A stretch of 17,329 nucleotides of DNA from Candidatus Aenigmatarchaeota archaeon (GTDB lineage Archaea > Aenigmatarchaeota > Aenigmatarchaeia > Aenigmatarchaeales > JACQIB01), in assembly GCA_043799675.1 (NCBI GenBank), contig JAZDNN010000016.1, positions 1-17,329 on the forward strand, read 5' to 3'. This document shows positions 1-6,484 of this stretch, one piece after another. The notes under the pieces were generated by a model that was given only the letters and a program-made list of their open reading frames with translations, did not search any database and was not told the DNA's origin. The position numbers and the translations under genes were made by a program. The first letter of the stretch is position 1, and every line of letters begins with the position of its first letter.

Positions 1-265
1 AGAGGTCAAGGGCAGCGACAAGCTGGTCAAGCTGCAGATAGACCTGGGTGACGGGACCAAGCAGATAGTCGCGGGCATAAGGACCGCCTATCCTCCGTCT
101 TCCCTGGTCGGAAAGCAGATAATCGTGGTCAACAACCTCAAACCGCGCGAATACAAGAATTTCGCCGTGACAAGCTTTGCCATGCTACTGGCAGCGCACG
201 GCGATGAAGGACCGGTGCTGCTTACGGTGGACAAGAAAGTGAAGCCGGGCAGTAGCATATCGTAG
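1..265 (+). CDS. tRNA-binding OB-fold domain (Trbp111/CsaA-like or MetRS C-terminal domain), 5'-partial
   Basis: Not in the ORF track. The frame from nt 2 reads EVKGSDKLVKLQIDLGDGTKQIVAGIRTAYPPSSLVGKQIIVVNNLKPREYKNFAVTSFAMLLAA...VKPGSSIS*, with TAG at 263-265. DKL..L.IDLG, QIVAGI, LVGK..NLKP and MLLAA are family signatures. Confidence 0.9.
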   Translation, partial: EVKGSDKLVKLQIDLGDGTKQIVAGIRTAYPPSSLVGKQIIVVNNLKPREYKNFAVTSFAMLLAAHGDEGPVLLTVDKKVKPGSSIS

Positions 266-295
266 GATTTATGCTTTTGCCGCGATAAGCAGACC

Positions 296-904
296 ATGGC
301 AGCGGAGGCGAAAAGGCCGAACTTTGTGGGCGTGATTGAGAATCACGGCGGTTCGAAAAGGACGGATGGCGTCCTCTATTATGCCGATCAGATGAAGAGG
401 GTGGTGCTGAGCGGGCCGGGACCGTTTCCCGTATTAACAGGTCAGACGGTCGCGAACATTTACAAGGGCAGATGGAAGAAAGAAACGACCTATGAGAATC
501 CGCCGAAGCCTCAGAACCAAGTGGAAAGGATAAGGGAATTCACCGAGGATGAAAGGAAGCAGATGGAGGACGCGGTGCACCTGAGGCTCAAGCAGCGCAG
601 CGTCCTGCGTCTCTGCAGGTCGCACATGAGCAAAGCCGACCGTGAGCAAAATGTCCTCAACTCCTATAGCTGCGATCTCAGCCCGGAGGAAATCGCGCTG
701 GGCCGCGACATGGCCGCGGCGTTGCTGCATGTGACGTACAATACCAGGTACGGGTACATGCTTGGCATACAGGAGCTACCGGAGACGTACGTCGAACATG
801 TGTTCAGACATGCATCGAAGGCGTTCGGCGTCGACAGGAAGGAGCTCGAAAAGGTCTACGAGGAGAAACGGAAAAGAAAAATCGCTCAAGCAAAGAAAAA
901 TTAG
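296..904 (+). CDS. hypothetical protein (202 aa); C-terminus weakly TFIIB/cyclin-repeat-like
   Basis: Long ORF with GC3-rich codons; TTTAT at ~268-272 fits a leaderless ATG at 296. Confidence 0.75.
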   Translation: MAAEAKRPNFVGVIENHGGSKRTDGVLYYADQMKRVVLSGPGPFPVLTGQTVANIYKGRWKKETTYENPPKPQNQVERIREFTEDERKQMEDAVHLRLKQRSVLRLCRSHMSKADREQNVLNSYSCDLSPEEIALGRDMAAALLHVTYNTRYGYMLGIQELPETYVEHVFRHASKAFGVDRKELEKVYEEKRKRKIAQAKKN

Positions 905-964
905 CGGAAGCGTATACTCCGAAATATCATATCAGCAATAGAAAGGGTTCTTATGTGATGCTTC

Positions 965-1321
965 ATGCGCTATGGTTCTAGTGATTCTATGAGGATAATT
1001 CCGACCCCGGGCCTTTCAACAAAGATTGCCGCCGGGCTGGACATCGCAGCGACGTTGACCGTGGCGCAGATAGGGCATTCCTTCAATTTTGCCGCGACCC
1101 ATCCCGCAATACTCATCACCACAGGTGCCATGACTTTCTCCTTGTTCAAGTGGAAGGACGAAATAACGGCCATTATCGTAGGCAGTCTCGGTCCCATCCA
1201 GAACAAGAACAGCTATTCATACATCAAGCGGAAACGCACGAAAGCGATAAGGAAGAGTCTGGACGTCAAGAACCTCAAGAAGCGCGGCAGAATGCTGGTC
1301 GAACAGCAGACAGTCAATTAA
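965..1321 (+). CDS. hypothetical membrane-associated protein with basic C-terminus
   Basis: 118-aa ORF with hydrophobic segments (IAAGLDIAATLTVA; AILITTGAMTFSLF) and a K/R-rich tail; the start could alternatively be ATG 989. Confidence 0.55.
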   Translation: MRYGSSDSMRIIPTPGLSTKIAAGLDIAATLTVAQIGHSFNFAATHPAILITTGAMTFSLFKWKDEITAIIVGSLGPIQNKNSYSYIKRKRTKAIRKSLDVKNLKKRGRMLVEQQTVN

Positions 1322-1386
1322 CGAATGTCCAGCAGTCCAGATTGCAACTACAGAAACGGCTTTTATTACCCCCTGCAATCATGCGC

Positions 1387-1527
1387 ATGCTTTGGCACGA
1401 CGTGAACAAGAACATCTGCCCCGTCTGCAGGGCGAGGTTCCCGACGCCGACGTTGAAGACCGCACATTATTGGAAACAGTGCTTCAGCAGGGCGAACAGA
1501 AGACTGGAAGAGAACCCGTTCAGATGA
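1387..1527 (+). CDS. small zinc-finger protein (C-x2-C-x12-H-x4-C), 46 aa
   Basis: 3' part of track ORF 1150..1527: MLWHDVNKNICPVCRARFPTPTLKTAHYWKQCFSR. BRE/TATA-like GAAACGGCTTTTATTA at 1353-1368 places a leaderless start at 1387 (or 1381). Confidence 0.6.
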   Translation: MLWHDVNKNICPVCRARFPTPTLKTAHYWKQCFSRANRRLEENPFR

Positions 1528-1573
1528 GCGCCCGAGCTAGGTCTGTATAAAACGGAGAAAGGAAAAAACCCTT

Positions 1574-1918
1574 TTACTCCCTTGCGATGTGTGCGAAGCT
1601 CGGTGTGAGGATTATCCAGTCCTCGTCTATTCCCGCTATGTCACCGTTGGTTGCAACGCAGGTCTTCCGCAATTTGTCTATTGCCCGCTTCAGCTCCGAC
1701 AGGTCCTTTTCCTTAAGGGCCTTTATCTTCACTATCACGATGGAGCCGTCGCGGATGTGCTTCTGTATGCGGTCGCTGTCGGAGAAGTCCTCTATCTTGT
1801 CGACCTTTATCGGGACCTTTCCCGCCTGGCCTTCTACTGCGTTGGCGTCGACCTCGACATAGGCCTCTTCACCGAGTTCTGGCATGCCTTTACCGAATAT
1901 TTTTTCCAAAAACGCCAT
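1574..1918 (-). CDS. sepF: cell division protein SepF
   Basis: D..RIQKHIRDGSIVIVKI..LK.....ELKRAIDKLRKTC....GDIAGIDEDWIILTPS..HI is the archaeal SepF signature. SD GGAGGTG (1925-1931) supports ATG 1918 over the track start at 1960. Confidence 0.93.
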   Translation of the reverse strand: MAFLEKIFGKGMPELGEEAYVEVDANAVEGQAGKVPIKVDKIEDFSDSDRIQKHIRDGSIVIVKIKALKEKDLSELKRAIDKLRKTCVATNGDIAGIDEDWIILTPSFAHIARE

Positions 1919-1959
1919 GGTTTGCACCTCCAATATGTGCATGTATAGCTCAAAGGTCA

Positions 1960-1967
1960 CTTAAATA
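1960..1967. promoter_or_regulatory. putative bidirectional TATA box shared by sepF (-) and the 86-aa ORF (+)
   Basis: CTTAAATA/TATTTAAG lies ~22 nt before ATG 1989 on + and ~30 nt before the sepF SD on -. Confidence 0.5.
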
Positions 1968-1988
1968 GCTGTTTGTCGAGAAAATGTC

Positions 1989-2249
1989 ATGCGGGTCCGT
2001 GTTTGGGGTCCTGGTGACACGATTAGTGTAAAAACTGCGTACGAAAAGGCAAAGGAATTGATAGAGAAGCACGGCAGATCCGAGTACGGCCTGGAGACGC
2101 ATTACCGCGCGATGGACGGATTCGTTCTGGTGGTCACGAGCAGGAATGAAATCGACAAGGATAAGGGCTTCCGCGGCTTTTTCACCTACGAACAGGTGTG
2201 CGAGAGCCTGGATAAACTGAGAAATATCGAAAGAAAATCCCCGTGTTAG
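1989..2249 (+). CDS. hypothetical protein, possibly a CxxC-less thioredoxin-like fold
   Basis: 86-aa ORF filling the sepF-UPF0147 gap, with a TATA box at leaderless spacing; pattern resembles MTH895-type small thioredoxins. Confidence 0.65.
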   Translation: MRVRVWGPGDTISVKTAYEKAKELIEKHGRSEYGLETHYRAMDGFVLVVTSRNEIDKDKGFRGFFTYEQVCESLDKLRNIERKSPC

Positions 2250-2252
2250 CCC

Positions 2253-2501
2253 CTACTGCTGGCGCAAAGCTTCAAGGGCCGTCACAATGTTCCATATCAG
2301 GGTCCGCGTGTACATCGGGATGTTGGGGTCGTTGGCAACTTCGTCAAGATTCGCTATAACCGTGCCGACCCTGATCTTCAAATCGTCCTTGCTGACCTGC
2401 AGAACGGCTATGCTTTCCTCAATCTTGGTCCGGATGTTGCGCGGGACGGTCCTGTCGTTCGCGACCTGCTGAAGCAGAGGTATTACTTTTTCCAAAGACA
2501 T
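2253..2501 (-). CDS. UPF0147 family protein
   Basis: ANDRTVPRNIR...LDEVANDPNIPMYTRTLIWNIVTALE matches the archaeal UPF0147 signature; SD GGTGA at 2508-2512 and TATA at 2553-2561. Confidence 0.93.
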   Translation of the reverse strand: MSLEKVIPLLQQVANDRTVPRNIRTKIEESIAVLQVSKDDLKIRVGTVIANLDEVANDPNIPMYTRTLIWNIVTALEALRQQ

Positions 2502-2586
2502 TTATATTCACCATGTTATCCCGCATATCTTTTCAGGCTTGACTCGCCAGACTATATAAATGGGCCACAGTCAGCCGACGTGAAAA

Positions 2587-2835
2587 CTAGGGGGCAATAC
2601 CTTTGTCCCATTCATCGTACTTTTCGCCGTCCTTGTCCTTGTAGTTGTCGTAGGTACTTCTCCAGGCCTTGTAATCCTTCGGACCCAGAAGGGCCATCAT
2701 GGTCTGGTCGAGCAGCCATTGCTTGTGATGTTCCCCCTCTATGCCGCCATAACGGGTTATCAGTTCGACTACCTTTCCTGCGTTCCTGTCCTTGGACTTA
2801 ATTTCCCGAACAAATTCTTTCAGTCGGTCAACCAT
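2587..2835 (-). CDS. conserved hypothetical protein, virus-like (YGGIEGEHHKQWLLDQ...WDKGIAP), 82 aa
   Basis: SD GGTGA at 2843-2847 supports ATG 2835. The motif is recalled from uncharacterised phage/prophage proteins (YGGIDGxHHKxWxxDQ...GIAP) and has not been verified by search. Confidence 0.75.
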   Translation of the reverse strand: MVDRLKEFVREIKSKDRNAGKVVELITRYGGIEGEHHKQWLLDQTMMALLGPKDYKAWRSTYDNYKDKDGEKYDEWDKGIAP

Positions 2836-2869
2836 TATTATTTCACCTAGAATCGGGTAATACCGCAAG

Positions 2870-2932
2870 ACATTTAAGCGCGATTCATTCGAGCCGCTTG
2901 CCCGGAGCAGCCTCCAAATTACGCTTAAATGT
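2870..2932. promoter_or_regulatory. back-to-back identical promoters forming an 11-bp inverted repeat
   Basis: ACATTTAAGCG (2870-2880) and CGCTTAAATGT (2922-2932), 41-nt spacer; each arm presents CTTAAAT towards one divergent gene. Confidence 0.7.
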
Positions 2933-2954
2933 TTATCGTCAGCTTAAACACAAC

Positions 2955-3623
2955 ATGGAAAGGGGAAGGAAAGCGGACAAAAAACAAGCTGACGAAAGAC
3001 TGCATGTCACACCGGCGGCGTTGGTGGCGGCCGTGCAAGGTGACTTTGTAAATGCCACAATAGCCATGACGCCCGGCGGGATAGAACAGCAGGAAGCAAG
3101 AGGACAGATTGCGGTTGTTACGCAGAAGCTGATGCCAAGGTACGCCGACGGCAGGCGGGAGCCGGCGGATGATGTTTACAAGAAACTGGGGATTGTCATA
3201 ATCGGCGAACACGATGACATACTCGTGAAAGTGAAACTGCCCGACGGATGGAAACTGGAACCGACGGAAGACAGCATGTGGTCCGATCTCCGGGACAACA
3301 AGGGCAGGAAAAGGGCACAGATGTTTTACAAGGCGGCGTTCTATGACAGGAGAGCTAACTTGAACCTGGTGACGAGGTTCAGCAGGGACGTCGTACCGAA
3401 GGACCGCTACAAAACCGATATTTCCTACGAAAAACGAGAAAAGATGCCTTGGCTCGGAGTGGTACAGGATTGTGAAAAAGACATATTCACAACGAAGCCG
3501 GTCAAGCTTACCGGGGATTTCTCAAAGGACGAATCGCTTAAGGACAAGCTGCTCAAACGATGCGACACCTACCTTCAAAAGAAATTCCCCAACTGGAAAG
3601 ACCAGTTCGCGTATTGGAACTAA
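2955..3623 (+). CDS. conserved hypothetical protein, virus-like, 222 aa
   Basis: Motifs TPGGIEQQEARGQ and LPDGWKLEPTEDSMWSDLRDNKGRKRAQMFYKAAFYDRRA are recalled from uncharacterised phage proteins. ATG 2955 is ~24 nt after the TATA-like arm. Confidence 0.8.
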   Translation: MERGRKADKKQADERLHVTPAALVAAVQGDFVNATIAMTPGGIEQQEARGQIAVVTQKLMPRYADGRREPADDVYKKLGIVIIGEHDDILVKVKLPDGWKLEPTEDSMWSDLRDNKGRKRAQMFYKAAFYDRRANLNLVTRFSRDVVPKDRYKTDISYEKREKMPWLGVVQDCEKDIFTTKPVKLTGDFSKDESLKDKLLKRCDTYLQKKFPNWKDQFAYWN

Positions 3624-4598
3624 TCATTCCAGCCGCTTTCCCTGCTTGCCGATGGTTTTTTCGATGTCGCGCCTGATGAACTTTATTGCAGGTTCGATGC
3701 CCTTCTTGTCATAGCCGTTAGCAGAGCCTGCCTCGGCATGGCCGCCGCCGCTGCCTCCGATGAGCTTTCCGACTTCCTGGAAGATTTTGCTCAGGTCTAT
3801 GCCCGCCTTCTCTATCCACTGCTTCCCCCTGCTGGAAATCCTGACTTCCTCCTCCTTCTCCGCCACCACCACCGCTATGTCCGCGCCGAGCTTCGTGATG
3901 CCGCGGGCTGCCGCGGCCTCGTGGCTCTTCACACGGCTGAAGGCGAGGATAAGGTCGCCTATCTTCCAGAGTTCCATCCGGTTGGCCGCAAGCATGACCG
4001 CAACGGTCTCGCTCCTGTCAACCGGCGTTTCCAGCAGCCTGAGCACATCGATGAACTTCAATCCGGTCCTGAGGAGCTCCGTCAGGATTTCAAATTCCGG
4101 AAGCTCCGCTATTCGCAAATGGGCGGTATCCGCAACCATCCCCGCGGCGATGAAGGTGGCGATGTGCATGTCCACGTTGATGCCCATCCCCTTCAGCAGG
4201 CGGTAAATCATCTGGCTGGCGGACTTCGAGTCCTCCTCTATCCAGACCGCCTTCGCCTGGCCTGCAAGCTTTCCTGGCGGGTGGTGGTCGATGAGAACGT
4301 CCGCACGCAGGTTCTTGACGGATGCCAGCTGCTCGGGCACGCTGGTCTCGACAAGCACGATATTGTCGTATTCGGAGCAGTCCGGGTCGATGACGAACCT
4401 GAACCCGGCCGCAAGCCTCTGGGTCGGCTTGGCTATGCTCTCGGCAGCCCCGAAATCGGTCTCGATTCCGAGCCGCTTCAGCCCGATGTGCAATGCAAGG
4501 ACAGAAGCCACAGCATCCATATCGGCATTGTGATGCGTGAGAAGGAGGGTCCTGCCCCTAAGCGACCTTAGGGCTTTCTCGACGTCAGTAAATGGCAT
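3624..4598 (-). CDS. DHH/DHHA1 family phosphoesterase (NrnA-like, COG0618)
   Basis: Motifs THHNADMDA, LIDHH, GMVADT and GGSGGGHAEAG. This family usually follows pfdB in the superoperon. TTTAT at 4621-4625 (-) favours a leaderless ATG at 4598 (or 4604). Confidence 0.92.
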   Translation of the reverse strand: MPFTDVEKALRSLRGRTLLLTHHNADMDAVASVLALHIGLKRLGIETDFGAAESIAKPTQRLAAGFRFVIDPDCSEYDNIVLVETSVPEQLASVKNLRADVLIDHHPPGKLAGQAKAVWIEEDSKSASQMIYRLLKGMGINVDMHIATFIAAGMVADTAHLRIAELPEFEILTELLRTGLKFIDVLRLLETPVDRSETVAVMLAANRMELWKIGDLILAFSRVKSHEAAAARGITKLGADIAVVVAEKEEEVRISSRGKQWIEKAGIDLSKIFQEVGKLIGGSGGGHAEAGSANGYDKKGIEPAIKFIRRDIEKTIGKQGKRLE

Positions 4599-4687
4599 GC
4601 CCATGCTTCTGGCGGACAGGATAAATGCCTTCCCATCCGCGGTCTTTTCCTTGCCATGCCTTCCTTGCCGAGGAAATATCATAACAA

Positions 4688-4707
4688 TCACCCGCCGCGG
4701 CGGGTGA
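4688..4707. repeat. perfect 20-bp palindrome
   Basis: TCACCCGCCGCGGCGGGTGA is its own reverse complement and lies between divergent promoters. Confidence 0.9.
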
Positions 4708-4759
4708 AAACATACGTGTTTAAATACTTTTTGCTGCATGTTCTAGAGGAAGCGATTTG

Positions 4760-5218
4760 ATGGCAATTGGAAAAGTCACGGAAAAACGCACGCCGCTGCA
4801 GGAATATTGTTCAGCCCGTAACATGTTCGAGGGTTACGTGAAGGGGACGCCGTACGATGCCCTCAAGGCGGAAGGTAAGATTGTAGAAGATTTCATCTCA
4901 AAGACAGTTTGTCCGCTAGGTTATCTTTCAATGCTGGCACAAAAGGTCAACGCGGCGGAGGAGACCAATTTCAAAAGCAGAATCGCATACGCGTTGGGCA
5001 AAGAGGCGGCAAAGGACCTTGAAAGGATGCCCAAGCCCCATGACAGGCTGGTCAAGGACGTCTTTCTTGAAGTCATGCGTTCGAACAGGGAACCGAAGCT
5101 TGACAAGAACAACGTTCTGGATATCGGAAAAAGAAAGATTCCGATGTATGTCAGTCAGATAGTGCCTCCGGTCCCTCGGATATTTTACAAGGACAATTTT
5201 CGGGCAGATACGGATTAG
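4760..5218 (+). CDS. hypothetical protein (152 aa), inserted antisense in the superoperon
   Basis: TATA TTTAAATA at 4719-4726, GAGGA at 4746-4750, ATG 4760 (alternative TTG 4757); no family recognised. Confidence 0.7.
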   Translation: MAIGKVTEKRTPLQEYCSARNMFEGYVKGTPYDALKAEGKIVEDFISKTVCPLGYLSMLAQKVNAAEETNFKSRIAYALGKEAAKDLERMPKPHDRLVKDVFLEVMRSNREPKLDKNNVLDIGKRKIPMYVSQIVPPVPRIFYKDNFRADTD

Positions 5219-5302
5219 ACGGATCAATACCTTTTCTCCGTCACACTTTTGCAACGGGACGATATCACTTTAACTCGTCATGCTTTCGTTGGCGGAGAAA
5301 TA

Positions 5303-5701
5303 TCAGGCAGCCTTCGATGAGGACGTTTGCTTGAACATGGCCTCGAGCTTGCCCTGAAGCTCCTGGAGCTTCTCCTTTATCTTGCCTTCCTGCTTTTCCA
5401 GTGCATTCAGCCTCAGGTCGATCGTTTCCTTCCTTTCGCTGAGCTCCTTGTGCAGCTCGGCTTTCGTGCTTTTCACCAGAATCGGTCCGACGGCCTTGTA
5501 CACCTCTTCCCCGTCCTTCGCTTTCCCGAGCTCCTCCAGGGCCTTTTCCAGTTCGAGCTTCTGCATGGTCAGGGCCTCCTTCTGTATGGCTATCCCCTGG
5601 TACTGCTGCTGCAACGTCTGCATCTGCAGCAGCGATTGCTGCGCGTTAGGAGGAAGAGAAATCTCCCCGGGTTCGATGTGCCTGTGATCCTTTTCAGCCA
5701 T
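5303..5701 (-). CDS. pfdB: prefoldin subunit beta
   Basis: LPP..QQ.L.Q.Q.LQQQ coiled coil, ALEEL....D..VYKAVGPILVK hairpin and LEKQE..IKEKLQELQ; conserved position. Confidence 0.96.
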   Translation of the reverse strand: MAEKDHRHIEPGEISLPPNAQQSLLQMQTLQQQYQGIAIQKEALTMQKLELEKALEELGKAKDGEEVYKAVGPILVKSTKAELHKELSERKETIDLRLNALEKQEGKIKEKLQELQGKLEAMFKQTSSSKAA

Positions 5702-5702
5702 T

Positions 5703-5930
5703 TCATTTCATCTCGCTTGCTTCCTTGGCCGCTTTTATCAGCCGCAGCCAGCTGGTGAGACCGGCGGCCAAACCGCCAATCTCCGGGGCTTCAACGGTCA
5801 GGACAAGCTTGCGTCCCGCCGCTTTTAAGCCCGCCTCGAATTTTGGTGACGGTGACATGTCCGGTCCGAGCGCCTTCATGAGCAGCTCCGGATTTTCGGT
5901 CTCTATTTCGGCAACGGCCTTATGCACCAT
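5703..5930 (-). CDS. pcc1: KEOPS complex subunit Pcc1
   Basis: 75 aa, LMKALGPD...LVLTVEA.EIGGLAAGLTSWLRLIKAA (cf. L.I.A.D...LRA..NSWLR); directly upstream of pfdB. Confidence 0.85.
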   Translation of the reverse strand: MVHKAVAEIETENPELLMKALGPDMSPSPKFEAGLKAAGRKLVLTVEAPEIGGLAAGLTSWLRLIKAAKEASEMK

Positions 5931-5969
5931 TTCTTCGCCATGCCTTTTTCATCGGAGTCATCCGACAAA

Positions 5970-6110
5970 TCACTTTGCCGGGACCTTTACCGTCGCTTTC
6001 GGTCGCGCTTTCTGGACTATCCTGTAGCCGCACCACGGGCATCTTATCTTGTCTTTTATCTGGTCCCATTCAATGGACTTGCTGCAATTCAGACAAATAT
6101 ATTCGGTCAA
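5970..6110 (-). CDS. rpoP: DNA-directed RNA polymerase subunit P (Rpo12), 46 aa
   Basis: EYICLNCSK...IRCPWCGYRIVQKARP zinc ribbon. The TTG start at 6108-6110 overlaps the rpl37ae stop (TTGA), with GGTGG SD upstream. Confidence 0.93.
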   Translation of the reverse strand: MTEYICLNCSKSIEWDQIKDKIRCPWCGYRIVQKARPKATVKVPAK

Positions 6111-6382
6111 GCAACCACCTTCTCCTTTTCCGCCGTCTTTGCCTTGTTGATTATTTCGGCAGCGACCACGCTGCGCGGGAAATACGCCCCGCCGGCCCAT
6201 TTCAGGCCGCATTTCCTGCAGGTCCATACGCCCGCGGCGACCCTTCTTGCGGCCGGGCGCTCGCACCGTATGCATGCCTGCGGCTTGTTCTGCTCGCGCT
6301 CCATCACGGCGACCACTTTCTTCGTCCTGGTCCCGTAGCGGGCGCCCCAGCGGCCTGCAGAACCCAGCTTTATTGAAACCAT
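6107..6382 (-). CDS. rpl37ae: 50S ribosomal protein L37Ae (eL43)
   Basis: GSAGRWGARYG...CIRC...RRVAAGVWTCRKCG..WAGGAY.P signature. Confidence 0.96.
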   Translation of the reverse strand: MVSIKLGSAGRWGARYGTRTKKVVAVMEREQNKPQACIRCERPAARRVAAGVWTCRKCGLKWAGGAYFPRSVVAAEIINKAKTAEKEKVVA

Positions 6383-6410
6383 ACTAATCGTTCAAAGGTT
6401 GTTTCCAAGG

Positions 6411-6419
6411 TTTATAAAA
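6411..6419 (-). promoter_or_regulatory. internal TATA box for rpl37ae-rpoP-pcc1-pfdB
   Basis: TTTTATAAA on the minus strand, ~28 nt upstream of ATG 6382. Confidence 0.6.
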
Positions 6420-6459
6420 GGGGACGGATGCCGGGGACAAAGCCCGGGCTGGGAGGATG

Positions 6460-6479
6460 AAAAGGAAAAAAAAGGGAAA
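6460..6479 (-). terminator. U-rich archaeal terminator candidate after rrp42
   Basis: Pyrimidine/oligo-T tract on the minus strand (A-run at 6466-6473 on +) immediately after the rrp42 stop. Confidence 0.5.
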
Positions 6480-6484
6480 CGCGC

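Noticed and set aside
1150..1380. 5' part of the 125-aa ORF
   Set aside because: Overlaps the 118-aa gene in another frame and spans a promoter; only the zinc-finger part was kept.
3738..4571. 277-aa plus-strand ORF
   Set aside because: Antisense shadow of the DHH gene.
4605..4739. N-terminal extension of the DHH ORF
   Set aside because: Covers the palindrome and promoter region; family homology starts near MPFTDV.
5920..5973. GTG-started 17-aa ORF across the rpoP-pcc1 spacer as another bridge
   Set aside because: No SD, short enough to arise by chance, and no TGATG ending.
6111..6275. Long N-terminal extension of Rpo12 in the track
   Set aside because: Alternate frame of rpl37ae; the coupled TTG at 6110 gives the normal size.
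6441..6450. 10-bp palindrome AGCCCGGGCT upstream of the rpl37ae promoter
   Set aside because: Short and GC-rich, so expected by chance.
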